Below are positions 56,095-64,000 of a stretch of 64,000 nt of DNA, one piece after another. This DNA comes from Pyrinomonadaceae bacterium (GTDB taxonomy: Bacteria > Acidobacteriota > Blastocatellia > Pyrinomonadales > Pyrinomonadaceae). The position numbers and the translations under genes are program-made. Every line of letters starts with the position of its first letter. Positions within the stretch are counted from its first letter, which is position 1. The notes beneath the pieces were generated by a model. That model made no database searches. It was not told the DNA's origin and worked only from the letters and a program-made list of their open reading frames with translations. The stretch spans positions 41 through 64,040 of the forward strand of contig DATLMV010000044.1 of assembly GCA_035537095.1 (NCBI GenBank). Direction: 5' to 3'.

Positions 56095-57925
56095 GCTGAA
56101 ACTCCTCCTGCCATTGTGCGTCGTCGGTGAACGTGCTCTCGTCCTGCTCGCGCTTCTCAAGGATGAAATCTTCCATCACGAGGCAGTCCATCTCGGTGCG
56201 CATGAAGCACGTGTAAGCCTGTTCGGGCGTGCACACTATCGGCTCGCCGCGCACGTTGAAGGACGTGTTGACGACGACGGGGCAGCCCGTCAGCCGACCG
56301 AAGGCCGCGATCAAATCATAATAGAGCGCGTTGTCTTCGCGGCGGACGGTCTGCACGCGCGCCGAATAGTCAACGTGCGTCACGGCGGGAATCGTCGAGC
56401 GCGGGACGTTCAATTTATCAATGCCGAAGAGTTTGTCCTCGTCGCTCGTCGTCTCGATGCGAAGCTCCGCGCGCACGGGAGCGACCAAAAGCATGTAGGG
56501 CGAATCGCAGTCCAACTCGAAGAAGTCGGCGACGCGCTCGCGCAACACCGACGGCGCGAACGGGCGGAAGGATTCGCGAAACTTGATCTTGAGATTCATC
56601 TGCGACTGCATCTGCGCCGAGCGCGGGTCGCCGAGAATACTGCGCGCCCCCAGAGCGCGCGGCCCGAACTCCATCCGCCCCTGAAACCACCCGACGACCT
56701 TCCCTTCAGCCAACATGCGCGCCACTTCCTCCGCCAACTCCGCGCGCTCCGCGAGACGATATTTCGCCCCCGTCGTCTCAAGAAAATCGAGGACTTCTTC
56801 ATTCGTGAAAGACGGCCCCAAGTAAGACCCGCGCATCGCGTCGGCGTGGCCGCGCCGCACCGCAGCGGACGCATCGCGCGCGTTGCCGAGATACTGATGC
56901 CAGACCGAGAGCGCCGCGCCCAGACTTCCGCCCGCGTCGCCCGCCGCCGGTTGAATCCAGACCCGCTCGAACGGCCCCTCGCGCAGGATGCGACCGTTGC
57001 CCACGCAGTTCAAAGCGACGCCGCCCGCCAGACACAGATTCCGCTCGCCCGTCTCACGGTGTACATGACGCGCCATCCGCAGCATCGCCTCTTCGGTCAC
57101 GTCCTGCACGGAGCGCGCCAAGTCCATCTCGCGCTGCGTGAGCGTCGTCTCGGCCTCGCGGGGCGGGCCGCCGAAGAGTTCGGCGAAGGCGGCGTTGGTC
57201 ATCGTGAGGCCGTGCGCGAAGTTGAAATACTTCATGTTGAGACGCAGGGAGCCGTCCGCGCGCAGGTCAATCAACTCGTCGAGAATCTGCCGCACGTAAC
57301 GCGGCTCGCCGTAGGGCGCAAGTCCCATCACCTTGTATTCGCCGGAGTTGACCTTGAAGCCCGTGTAGTATGTGAAGGCGGAATAGAGCAGCCCGAGCGA
57401 GTGCGGAAAGTGCAACTCGGCGAGCAGGTGCAGTTCGTTCCCTCTGCCGTGACCGTAGGATGACGTGGCCCACTCGCCGACGCCGTCCATCGTCAAGACC
57501 GCCGCCGACTCGAAAGGCGATGGGAAGAAGGCCGACGCCGCGTGCGATTCGTGATGCTCGGTGAAGAGCACCTTGCCCTTGTATCCGGCGCTGCGCGCCA
57601 CCTGTTCGCGTATCCAAATCTTCTCGCGCAGCCACAGCGGCATCGCCATCAGAAACGAGCGCAGCCCGCGCGGCGCGTAGTCAATATAGGTTTCCAGCAG
57701 TCGCTCAAACTTCAACAGCGGCTTGTCATAAAACGCGACGTAGTCAACCTCTGCGCCACGGATTCCCGCTTCGCGCAGACAGAACTCGACCGCACGCGCC
57801 GGAAAATCGTGGTCGTGCTTCCGGCGCGTGAAGCGTTCCTCCTGCGCCGCCGCGACGATCTCGCCGTCGCGCACGAGACACGCCGCCGAGTCGTGGTAAT
57901 AAGCTGAGATTCCCAGAATGTGCAT
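56087..57925 (-). CDS. Carbamoyltransferase (NodU/CmcH family)
   Basis: 612 aa. MHILGISAYYHDSAACLVRDGEIVAAAQEERFTRRKHD..., GGVALNCVGNG and VNTSFNVRGEPIVCTPEQA are hallmark blocks. Confidence 0.9.
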   Translation of the reverse strand: MHILGISAYYHDSAACLVRDGEIVAAAQEERFTRRKHDHDFPARAVEFCLREAGIRGAEVDYVAFYDKPLLKFERLLETYIDYAPRGLRSFLMAMPLWLREKIWIREQVARSAGYKGKVLFTEHHESHAASAFFPSPFESAAVLTMDGVGEWATSSYGHGRGNELHLLAELHFPHSLGLLYSAFTYYTGFKVNSGEYKVMGLAPYGEPRYVRQILDELIDLRADGSLRLNMKYFNFAHGLTMTNAAFAELFGGPPREAETTLTQREMDLARSVQDVTEEAMLRMARHVHRETGERNLCLAGGVALNCVGNGRILREGPFERVWIQPAAGDAGGSLGAALSVWHQYLGNARDASAAVRRGHADAMRGSYLGPSFTNEEVLDFLETTGAKYRLAERAELAEEVARMLAEGKVVGWFQGRMEFGPRALGARSILGDPRSAQMQSQMNLKIKFRESFRPFAPSVLRERVADFFELDCDSPYMLLVAPVRAELRIETTSDEDKLFGIDKLNVPRSTIPAVTHVDYSARVQTVRREDNALYYDLIAAFGRLTGCPVVVNTSFNVRGEPIVCTPEQAYTCFMRTEMDCLVMEDFILEKREQDESTFTDDAQWQEEFQLD

Positions 57926-58118
57926 CGAAGCTCTCTTAAAACTTCCGTCCCGCCCGTCAATCTTCTCTTAAAACTTCCGCCCCTCCCGCCGCCCGTAGAA
58001 GAAGGGCGTGCAAAGCGTCATACATTATCATCGCGGGCGGCGCGAGCGGAAGGTGCGCGCACGACGGAGAGGCCCGCCGGAACTCTGTTCGCGCCGTCTC
58101 TCCGGCTTTGACAAAATC

Positions 58119-58143
58119 TTAATTTAGACTTATTCTAATTTAA
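58119..58143 (+). promoter_or_regulatory. Candidate Fur/PerR box upstream of the fur-like gene
   Basis: AT-rich imperfect inverted repeat ttaatttaga-cttat-tctaatttaa ending 4 nt before the ATG at 58148. It is the only strongly AT-rich palindrome in this intergenic region. Confidence 0.4.
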
Positions 58144-58147
58144 AGTT

Positions 58148-58597
58148 ATGGACACCAAGATACGTCAAAAGGTTGAGTCGCACCTGCGCGAAGCGGAGTT
58201 GAAGTTGACGCCGCAGCGTTTCGCCATCCTCGATTTCTTGGTCGGCAGCGACGTGCACCCGACGGCGGAACAGATCAGCGAAGGCGTCAACCGCCGCTTC
58301 CCGCGCGCCTCGCGTGCCACTATCTACAACACGCTCAAGGCTTTGCGCGATGCCGGTGTGGTGCAGGAGGTTTATCTCGGCGAGGGCGCGGCGCGCTACG
58401 AGGCCAACCTTGCGCCGCATCATCATTTCGTCTGCCGCGCGTGCGGCAAGCTCGAAGATGTCTCTTCGGAGGCGGTCGGCGCGCTGCCCCCGTGCGAGTT
58501 GGGCGCGGGTTACGCGGTCGAGACGTTTGAAGTTGTCCTGCGCGGTGTGTGCGCGGCGTGCGCCGCGAAGCGAGAGCGGCGGAAGCGTCGGAGATAA
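58148..58597 (+). CDS. Fur family transcriptional regulator (PerR-like)
   Basis: 149 aa. [14 protein letters not shown] winged-helix region, [10 protein letters not shown] and a C-terminal CAAC pair. Immediately upstream of dps. Confidence 0.85.
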   Translation: MDTKIRQKVESHLREAELKLTPQRFAILDFLVGSDVHPTAEQISEGVNRRFPRASRATIYNTLKALRDAGVVQEVYLGEGAARYEANLAPHHHFVCRACGKLEDVSSEAVGALPPCELGAGYAVETFEVVLRGVCAACAAKRERRKRRR

Positions 58598-58635
58598 ACA
58601 GTTTTGATTTGAACGAAGAAGGAGAGAGGAAACTT

Positions 58636-59190
58636 ATGCCAAGCAATACGGGGAATGAAACGATTATGCCAATGCCCATCAACATCGGCATCGAGGAGCA
58701 AGACCGGCGCGAGATCGCCGAAGGACTTTCCAGACTGCTCGCCGACACCTACACGCTCTACTTGAAGACGCACAATTTTCATTGGAACGTGACCGGCCCG
58801 ATGTTTCAAACGCTGCACCTGATGTTTGAGACGCAGTACAACGAGCTTGCGCTGGCGGTTGATCTGGTGGCCGAACGCATCCGCGCGCTTGGCTTCCCCG
58901 CGCCCGCCACCTACAGAGAGTTTACGCGCCTGAGTTCCATCAAAGAGGACGAGGGCGTGCTTCCCGCGCAGGAGATGATTCGCTCGCTCGTGCAGGGACA
59001 GGAAGCGGTCGTGCGGACGGCGCGCTCTATTTTCCCCGTCGTCGAGCGGGCGAGCGACGAGCCAACCGCCGACCTCCTGACGCAGCGCATGCAGGTTCAC
59101 GAGAAGACCGCTTGGATGCTCCGCAGCCTGCTGGCCGAAGAGTCGTCCGCAGCCGCCAATGCGCAGGGCGCGTCGAGCAAGGGCGCGTAA
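58636..59190 (+). CDS. dps: Dps family DNA-protecting ferritin-like protein
   Basis: Track ORF trimmed to the ATG at 58636 (GGAGAGAGG RBS), 184 aa. [35 protein letters not shown] and [11 protein letters not shown] are ferroxidase-site blocks. Confidence 0.9.
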   Translation: MPSNTGNETIMPMPINIGIEEQDRREIAEGLSRLLADTYTLYLKTHNFHWNVTGPMFQTLHLMFETQYNELALAVDLVAERIRALGFPAPATYREFTRLSSIKEDEGVLPAQEMIRSLVQGQEAVVRTARSIFPVVERASDEPTADLLTQRMQVHEKTAWMLRSLLAEESSAAANAQGASSKGA

Positions 59191-59232
59191 AACATCCGTC
59201 ATTTCCGGCAGATGCGTGTGAGGAAAAAAGTT

Positions 59233-59264
59233 GAAGGGGCAGAGGATAAATTCTCTGCCCCTTC
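59233..59264. terminator. Intrinsic terminator hairpin between convergent dps and the TonB-type barrel gene
   Basis: Perfect 12-bp stem gaaggggcagag / ctctgccccttc with an 8-nt loop. On the minus strand it is followed by ACTTTTTTCC. Confidence 0.65.
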
Positions 59265-59290
59265 GTCTGTCTGTTTAATCGAATTTTGCT

Positions 59291-62230
59291 CTAGAAGCTG
59301 AACCGCACCTGCAACTCGACGCGGCGATTTCCGGCGGCCTGACCGCCGCCGCCACCGCCGCCCCTGCCGAAGCCTCCGGCGCTGCTGATCGAGCGACCGA
59401 AAAGCGGCGAACTGAGGTTGCCGACGGGCACGCCCTCGTTCGTGTTGTTGAAAAGATTCTGGACGCTGACCGAGAGGTTCAGGTTATAACGACTCCGCTC
59501 GGAGCCGCCGTCCTCGCCCCCCGCACCGCCACCGCCGCCACGCCGTCCGCCGCCGCCGCCACCACCGCGACGACCGCCGCCACCGCCGCCGCTGCGACCA
59601 CCGCCTGCGCCGCCCGCACCGCCCGCGCTCTGCGTCACTTCGCCGAAGCCGAAGGATTTAGCGGCGCGCAGGTTGACGACGAAGAAGGAGGGGCCGGTTG
59701 CGAAGTTGCGCGGAATAAGCTCCTGACCGGGCGAGGGCGTGATGTCGAACGTCCCGTAGGGCGTGACGCGGACGCCGGGGTCGGACAAATCCGTGGCGAA
59801 GGCCGGACGGTCGTTGAAGATCGTGTCGCCGTTCAAATCGCGTCCGGTGGTGATGTTGAAGGGACGCCCCGAGTTGGCGATGAGAATCGGGCTCAGGCGG
59901 ATGTCCCAAGGCAGCCCGCTGATCGTCCCGAAGAGCGAAAAGCGGTGGCGGATGTCCTGCGACGAGCGACCGTACTCGCCGGAAAAATCGTACTGGTTGG
60001 CGGGAAACGTGTTCGCGCCGTCGGTGTCGCTGCGGGCGCGGTTGAGGACGTAGTTGGCCGTGAGCGAGAGACGCTGGCTGAGACGGTTGTTGACGTTGAC
60101 GATGAGTTGCTGCTGGTTGAAACGCCCGCTCGACTCATACTGAAAAATGTTGCCCTCGCCCGCAATCGGACGGAGGCCGGTTTCGGGAAGCGGCGCATTG
60201 ATGTTGCGCGAGCGCAGGACGTGGAGCGTGCGCGCGTTGATGAAGTTGACCGACAGAGTAGTGCGGCGCGGAAGCTGCCGCTCGATGCTGAAGGCGGTCT
60301 GCAAGGTGTAGGGCGTCCGGATGTCTCCGGCGAGACGGCGGACGGTCTGCGGCACGCGGAAGGCGAGCAACTGCTCGACCGTCGGCGGCGCGGGAAACTG
60401 TTCGAGGAGCAGTCGCGCGTTGTTCGCCAAGTCCGACGTGTCGTCGGGGTCGGGCGCGGTGACGAGAAACTGTTGCTGGTTGAGTCCGTTGAAGCGGACG
60501 GATTGGAGCAGCAGGTTTTCGTTGAAGCGGTCGTAGAAGACGCCGAAGCCGCCGCGAATGACGGTGCGCTGTTGTTGCTGCTGTCCCTGCCCCGCGCCGG
60601 GCGACCATGCGAAGGCGATGCGCGGCGCGAAGTTCAAGCCCGATTCGACGTTGGTCTGCCAGTCGTAGCGCAGGCCAGCGGAGAGCGTCAGGTTCGGGCG
60701 GATGCGCCAGTCGTCCTGTATGAAGGGGCTGAAGTCGGTGCGCGTGATGCGCGCCTCGGGGTTTCCGGCGGAGATGGAAAACTGCGAGGGACGCGCGCCC
60801 GCCACATTGAGCAGCGTGTTTCGATACGCTTCGAGCGACTCAAAGGTGAACGTGCCCGCGAAGTTCTGCTCGGAGACATCGGTCAAACGCATGTGACGCA
60901 GGCGCGCGCCCGCCTTGAGCGAGTGGTTGCCCGCCGTCCATGATGTGAAGTTCTGCAACTCGAAGCGGTCTGTGTCGTTGGTTGCGAGACCCACCTGCGC
61001 GCCGCCGCTCGTGAAGGCGTCCTGCACGCGCAGGGTCGGCGCAAAGAGTCCGCCCTCGCGCCTGCTCCGGTCGCGCTCGAACTGGAAGCGCGTCTCGTTG
61101 ATAATCCTCTGGTTGATGATGGCGGTTTCGGTCAACTGGATAGTGTGCTGCGTCGCCCCGGAATCGAAGGCGCGCTCGGGCAGGTTGAAATCGCCGACGC
61201 CCTGATTCAAGCGGCCCACCGTCTCGTAGGTGTAACGCGCGACGAGCGTGTTGGTCGGGTTGAGTTGCCAGTCCACGCGCGGGCTAAAAGTTGTCCGGCG
61301 GACGGGCGTCAGAAGCGTCTGGTTGAACGCGACGGGGTTGAGCGCGGCATCGAGGATGACGGCGTTGATCACGTCGTTCTCGTCGGTTTCGTTGCGCTGG
61401 AAATCGAAGAAGAAGGACATCTTCTTCGGGATAATCGGGCCGCTCAGGTTGCCGCCGTAGCGGCGCGATTGATAGGGCGCGCGTGCGGACGCGAAGGGGT
61501 TGCGCGCGTTCAGGCTCTCGTCGCTGAAGTTGAAGAAGGCTTGACCGCGAAAGGTGTCCGTGCCGGGTTTGGTGAAAATCTCCGTGCGACCGTAGCCGAG
61601 ACGGTCGTACTCGGCGGAGAACGGATTGCGGTTGATGCGTATCTCGCGGATTGATTCCTTCGGCGGCAGACGCCCGCCCGAGAAGCCGTCAATGTAGACT
61701 TCCGATTCTCCCTCCGGCCCGGCGGACGGGCCTGCGAGTGCTTGGAGAGCGTCGGCGAGGTCTTCGGGGTCGTCGGGCAGCGCGTCCAAGTCTGCGCCGC
61801 GAATGACGAACGCGCCCGCGTTGTTCTCCGGTTCGGTGCTGACGGGCGACTCCGCCGTGACCGTCACTTCCTCCGCTTCGATGGCGACGTTCAAGACGAC
61901 GTTCAGAGGCTCGCTGCTCCCGGCGACGACCTCCACGCCCTCGTTCTCGAAAGCCTCGAAGCCCGCCGATTCGACGCGCACGCTGTAACGCCCCGGCGCG
62001 AGCGCGGCGAAGGCATAGCGTCCTTCGTCGTCGGTCGTCGCCGTCAGCGCAACGCCAGCCGCGTCAGTCGCCGTCACCGTTGCGCCGACGACCACGCCGC
62101 CGAGCACGTCCTGCACCTGCCCGCGCAGCGTCCCCGCCGCGCGCTGCCCGTAGGCCAGATTCACGCCCAACAGCAGCGCGACAAACAACAGCGCAACCCT
62201 GCGCACATTCCCTCCGGTTAACATTCGCAT
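59291..62230 (-). CDS. TonB-dependent-receptor-like outer membrane barrel with CarboxypepD_reg domain
   Basis: Track ORF trimmed to the ATG at 62230 (MRMLTGGNVRRVALLFVALLLGVNLAYGQ), 979 aa. GTLRGQVQD...DDEGRYAFAALAPGRYSV carboxypeptidase-regulatory fold. Plug-like segment. C-terminal VELQVRFSF. Confidence 0.8.
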   Translation of the reverse strand: MRMLTGGNVRRVALLFVALLLGVNLAYGQRAAGTLRGQVQDVLGGVVVGATVTATDAAGVALTATTDDEGRYAFAALAPGRYSVRVESAGFEAFENEGVEVVAGSSEPLNVVLNVAIEAEEVTVTAESPVSTEPENNAGAFVIRGADLDALPDDPEDLADALQALAGPSAGPEGESEVYIDGFSGGRLPPKESIREIRINRNPFSAEYDRLGYGRTEIFTKPGTDTFRGQAFFNFSDESLNARNPFASARAPYQSRRYGGNLSGPIIPKKMSFFFDFQRNETDENDVINAVILDAALNPVAFNQTLLTPVRRTTFSPRVDWQLNPTNTLVARYTYETVGRLNQGVGDFNLPERAFDSGATQHTIQLTETAIINQRIINETRFQFERDRSRREGGLFAPTLRVQDAFTSGGAQVGLATNDTDRFELQNFTSWTAGNHSLKAGARLRHMRLTDVSEQNFAGTFTFESLEAYRNTLLNVAGARPSQFSISAGNPEARITRTDFSPFIQDDWRIRPNLTLSAGLRYDWQTNVESGLNFAPRIAFAWSPGAGQGQQQQQRTVIRGGFGVFYDRFNENLLLQSVRFNGLNQQQFLVTAPDPDDTSDLANNARLLLEQFPAPPTVEQLLAFRVPQTVRRLAGDIRTPYTLQTAFSIERQLPRRTTLSVNFINARTLHVLRSRNINAPLPETGLRPIAGEGNIFQYESSGRFNQQQLIVNVNNRLSQRLSLTANYVLNRARSDTDGANTFPANQYDFSGEYGRSSQDIRHRFSLFGTISGLPWDIRLSPILIANSGRPFNITTGRDLNGDTIFNDRPAFATDLSDPGVRVTPYGTFDITPSPGQELIPRNFATGPSFFVVNLRAAKSFGFGEVTQSAGGAGGAGGGRSGGGGGGRRGGGGGGGRRGGGGGAGGEDGGSERSRYNLNLSVSVQNLFNNTNEGVPVGNLSSPLFGRSISSAGGFGRGGGGGGGQAAGNRRVELQVRFSF

Positions 62231-62400
62231 CACTTCCCCTCGTCCTATTTTTATATGTCGAGCACGCGCGGCGACTCCGGGGGAGGACGGAAGCCGCGCC
62301 GCGACATCAAGACTGAATTTCAAAGCTGATAACTGCATTGCAAAACAAACAACCGACTTCATTGAGATGACAGGCGCGCAGAGAGTGCAAGCAACTGATA

Positions 62401-62440
62401 AAACTTCTGCCTTTTACCTTTCTACTTTTGCCCTCTTTTG
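62401..62440 (+). repeat. Single pyrimidine-rich block (CTTTTGCC type)
   Basis: aaacttctgccttttacctttctacttttgccctcttttg, similar to 9567-9603. Lies between the barrel gene start and the upstream gene's stop. Confidence 0.7.
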
Positions 62441-62469
62441 TCTGCCCGATGTTTGCAACTGTAAACCGC

Positions 62470-63738
62470 TTACGGCCTGTCGGGCGGTTCGCCCGTGCCG
62501 CCGCCCATGACGCCGCCCGGCAGCCCCGGACTCATGCCCTCCTGACGGCCCGCGCCGCGTTGGAAGCGTTGGAGGCGTTGGAGAATTTCGGCATCGCCCG
62601 TCATCAGAGTCGCCGCCGTCACGCGCGAAGCGTCGGCTCCCGCCGTGCCCGTGACCATCACGGAGTCGCCTTTTTTCAGTTCGCCGACCGTGATTTTCGG
62701 CAGGTTCTCGAACATCTGTTGGCCGCCTCTACCGCCGCCGCCCTGACGCGCCCCGCGCTCACCGCCGCCGCTGCGGTTGCCTTCGCCCTCCTGTTGTCTC
62801 TGCGCGCGCCTGCGCTCGCGTCGCTGCTCGCGCGTCTCGCCTTCGACGGCAGCACCGCCGCGCTCGCCCGCGCCCTCGCGTCGCCGCTCGCCGCGTTGCC
62901 GGAGCGTTTCCGCAAACTCGGCGGGGATGCGTCGCAGCGTCGTGTTTGAGACGAGCGCGACGTTGACGACCTGACCCGTCCGGCTGTCCTTCACGCTCAA
63001 CTCACCGCGCGCAGCATCCACCGCTTCGACCGTGCCCGTCAGCCGCGCGACCGTGCCGGAGATGATCTCCTCCGCCGTGACGCGCGCGCCTTCACGAGCG
63101 CCGAGCACGCGCACCTGATCGCCGACGCGGATGTCCGCGAAAGAACCCGCGACCGCATCGGCGGGACGCAGAGACCCCGCAGCGTAGCGGCGGAATCTGA
63201 CGTTGCCCGCAGCGGCGGCGACCGTAATCGTCTCCGCACCCTCGCGCCCGCGCGTCTCGACGGTCAACTCTTTCTTCGACGCATCAACGCTCGCGACGCG
63301 ACCGTTCACACCGCGCGCGCGCCAATCCTCTCGCTCCTGCTCGCGCCGCGCCGTGATCGCCTCGCGCGCCATCACGATGACCTGTCGCGCCGCGCTCGCG
63401 CCGCCCGTCGCGCCGTTCGGCACGAGCACGCGGTCGCCGACGCGCACGTCGGCGCGCGTGATCGTCTCGGCTTTGTCCAAGCTCGTCTCGCCGGGAGGCA
63501 GGCGACGATAGCGCGTCCGCTCGTCGGTCGAGACAGAGACGGACGCGCCCGCGTCGGTCTTGACCGTCAGATGTCCGGTCGCGGCTTCGACCGCCGTCAC
63601 TTCGCCAATCAAGTGCGCTTGCGCGGCGCGCGTCGCGCCGACCGTGGCGGCGGGCGCGGGCGTCTGCGCGTGCGACGGCGAGACTGCTCCGCACAATGCG
63701 AGGGCCAAGAGGGCCAGCGTCGGCAAAATCTTTTTCAT
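62470..63738 (-). CDS. Secreted repeat protein with Arg/Gly/Glu-rich segment, hypothetical
   Basis: 422 aa. Signal peptide MKKILPTLALLALALCGAVSPSHAQ. Four or five internal repeats (G.V..VDA..G.L.V......V.V......RR...G). Charged stretch RQRGERRREGAGERGG...GGGGRGGQQ. Confidence 0.55.
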   Translation of the reverse strand: MKKILPTLALLALALCGAVSPSHAQTPAPAATVGATRAAQAHLIGEVTAVEAATGHLTVKTDAGASVSVSTDERTRYRRLPPGETSLDKAETITRADVRVGDRVLVPNGATGGASAARQVIVMAREAITARREQEREDWRARGVNGRVASVDASKKELTVETRGREGAETITVAAAAGNVRFRRYAAGSLRPADAVAGSFADIRVGDQVRVLGAREGARVTAEEIISGTVARLTGTVEAVDAARGELSVKDSRTGQVVNVALVSNTTLRRIPAEFAETLRQRGERRREGAGERGGAAVEGETREQRRERRRAQRQQEGEGNRSGGGERGARQGGGGRGGQQMFENLPKITVGELKKGDSVMVTGTAGADASRVTAATLMTGDAEILQRLQRFQRGAGRQEGMSPGLPGGVMGGGTGEPPDRP

Positions 63739-64000
63739 ACTCTTCTCCGCAATCCTTCTCTGCGAAAGTGGACTCGTCCTCGTCGTTGGATAACATTTCG
63801 GGAGATGTTTTGTTGAGTCAGCGCACGCCGGGCGCGTTGTTCAGATGCGCGATGCTAACGTGAGGCGAACCTGTTTGTGTCGCCGCGATGTCGCAAATCC
63901 ATCACACTCCGGCGGGAGAGCGCAACTCATACACTTAGGACGCCCGGCAGAAGCATCGGGTTACAACTAATCTCGACGCGCGAGACGATTTTCGTCCCGC

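Noticed and set aside
63739-64000. Possible gene fragment at the right edge
   Set aside because: Only short open frames with no motif are present (for example a minus-strand frame ending near 63940). The sequence is too short to support a call.
1-64000. Classical mobile-element or defence-island hallmarks: integrase, transposase, tRNA attachment site, restriction-modification, toxin-antitoxin pairs, reverse transcriptase, cas genes
   Set aside because: None of the translated ORFs shows the corresponding motifs, and I found no tRNA-like sequence. The candidate novel systems are therefore proposed from domain architecture and gene order, not from island context.

Overview
High-GC bacterial chromosomal window. 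The gene content (a TIGR03436-like VWA protein, a CarboxypepD_reg/TonB-type barrel, several ECF sigma modules, a secreted TldD/PmbA pair, twin alpha-2-macroglobulins) suggests an Acidobacteriota-like genome. That is inference only, since no database search was possible.

I support 43 protein-coding genes. Two are absent from the ORF track: an edge-truncated EEP gene at 1-690 and a 52-aa DUF5989-like gene at 55169-55327. I found no rRNA or tRNA gene, no CRISPR array and no transposase or integrase. Many long track ORFs are antisense shadows or N-terminal over-extensions, as expected for high-GC DNA. All family calls rest on motifs I recognise in the translations.

Main points of interest:
1. 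A 1221-aa cytoplasmic single-gene fusion (45579-49244) of a lipase-type alpha/beta hydrolase, an unassigned central module and a CHAT caspase-like protease.
2. A co-directional cluster (9142 down to 1756) encoding a papain-fold cysteine peptidase, a translationally coupled unknown partner, a GGGFSG-repeat/coiled-coil protein, a predicted periplasmic membrane-tethered TPR-CHAT protease and an ECF sigma/anti-sigma pair. It recalls the Csx29-Csx30-RpoE logic of type III-E CRISPR systems, but no CRISPR component is present.
3. A family of intergenic elements. A shared leader (TTTAACAGGAT ... GAAAANAGAGA) precedes a purine-rich block and a facing pyrimidine-rich block built from short tandem units. 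Arm sequences differ between loci (GGGTAAA, GATGTTA, GGCAAAAG and GAATGCNGAGT types). Some copies donate stop codons or termini to genes, and some are G-quadruplex-capable.
4. A 184-nt nested-palindrome element (55451-55634).
5. Two thioester alpha-2-macroglobulins flanking a DUF1175 gene, co-directional with a PBP-transpeptidase/SpoIID/peptidase fusion.
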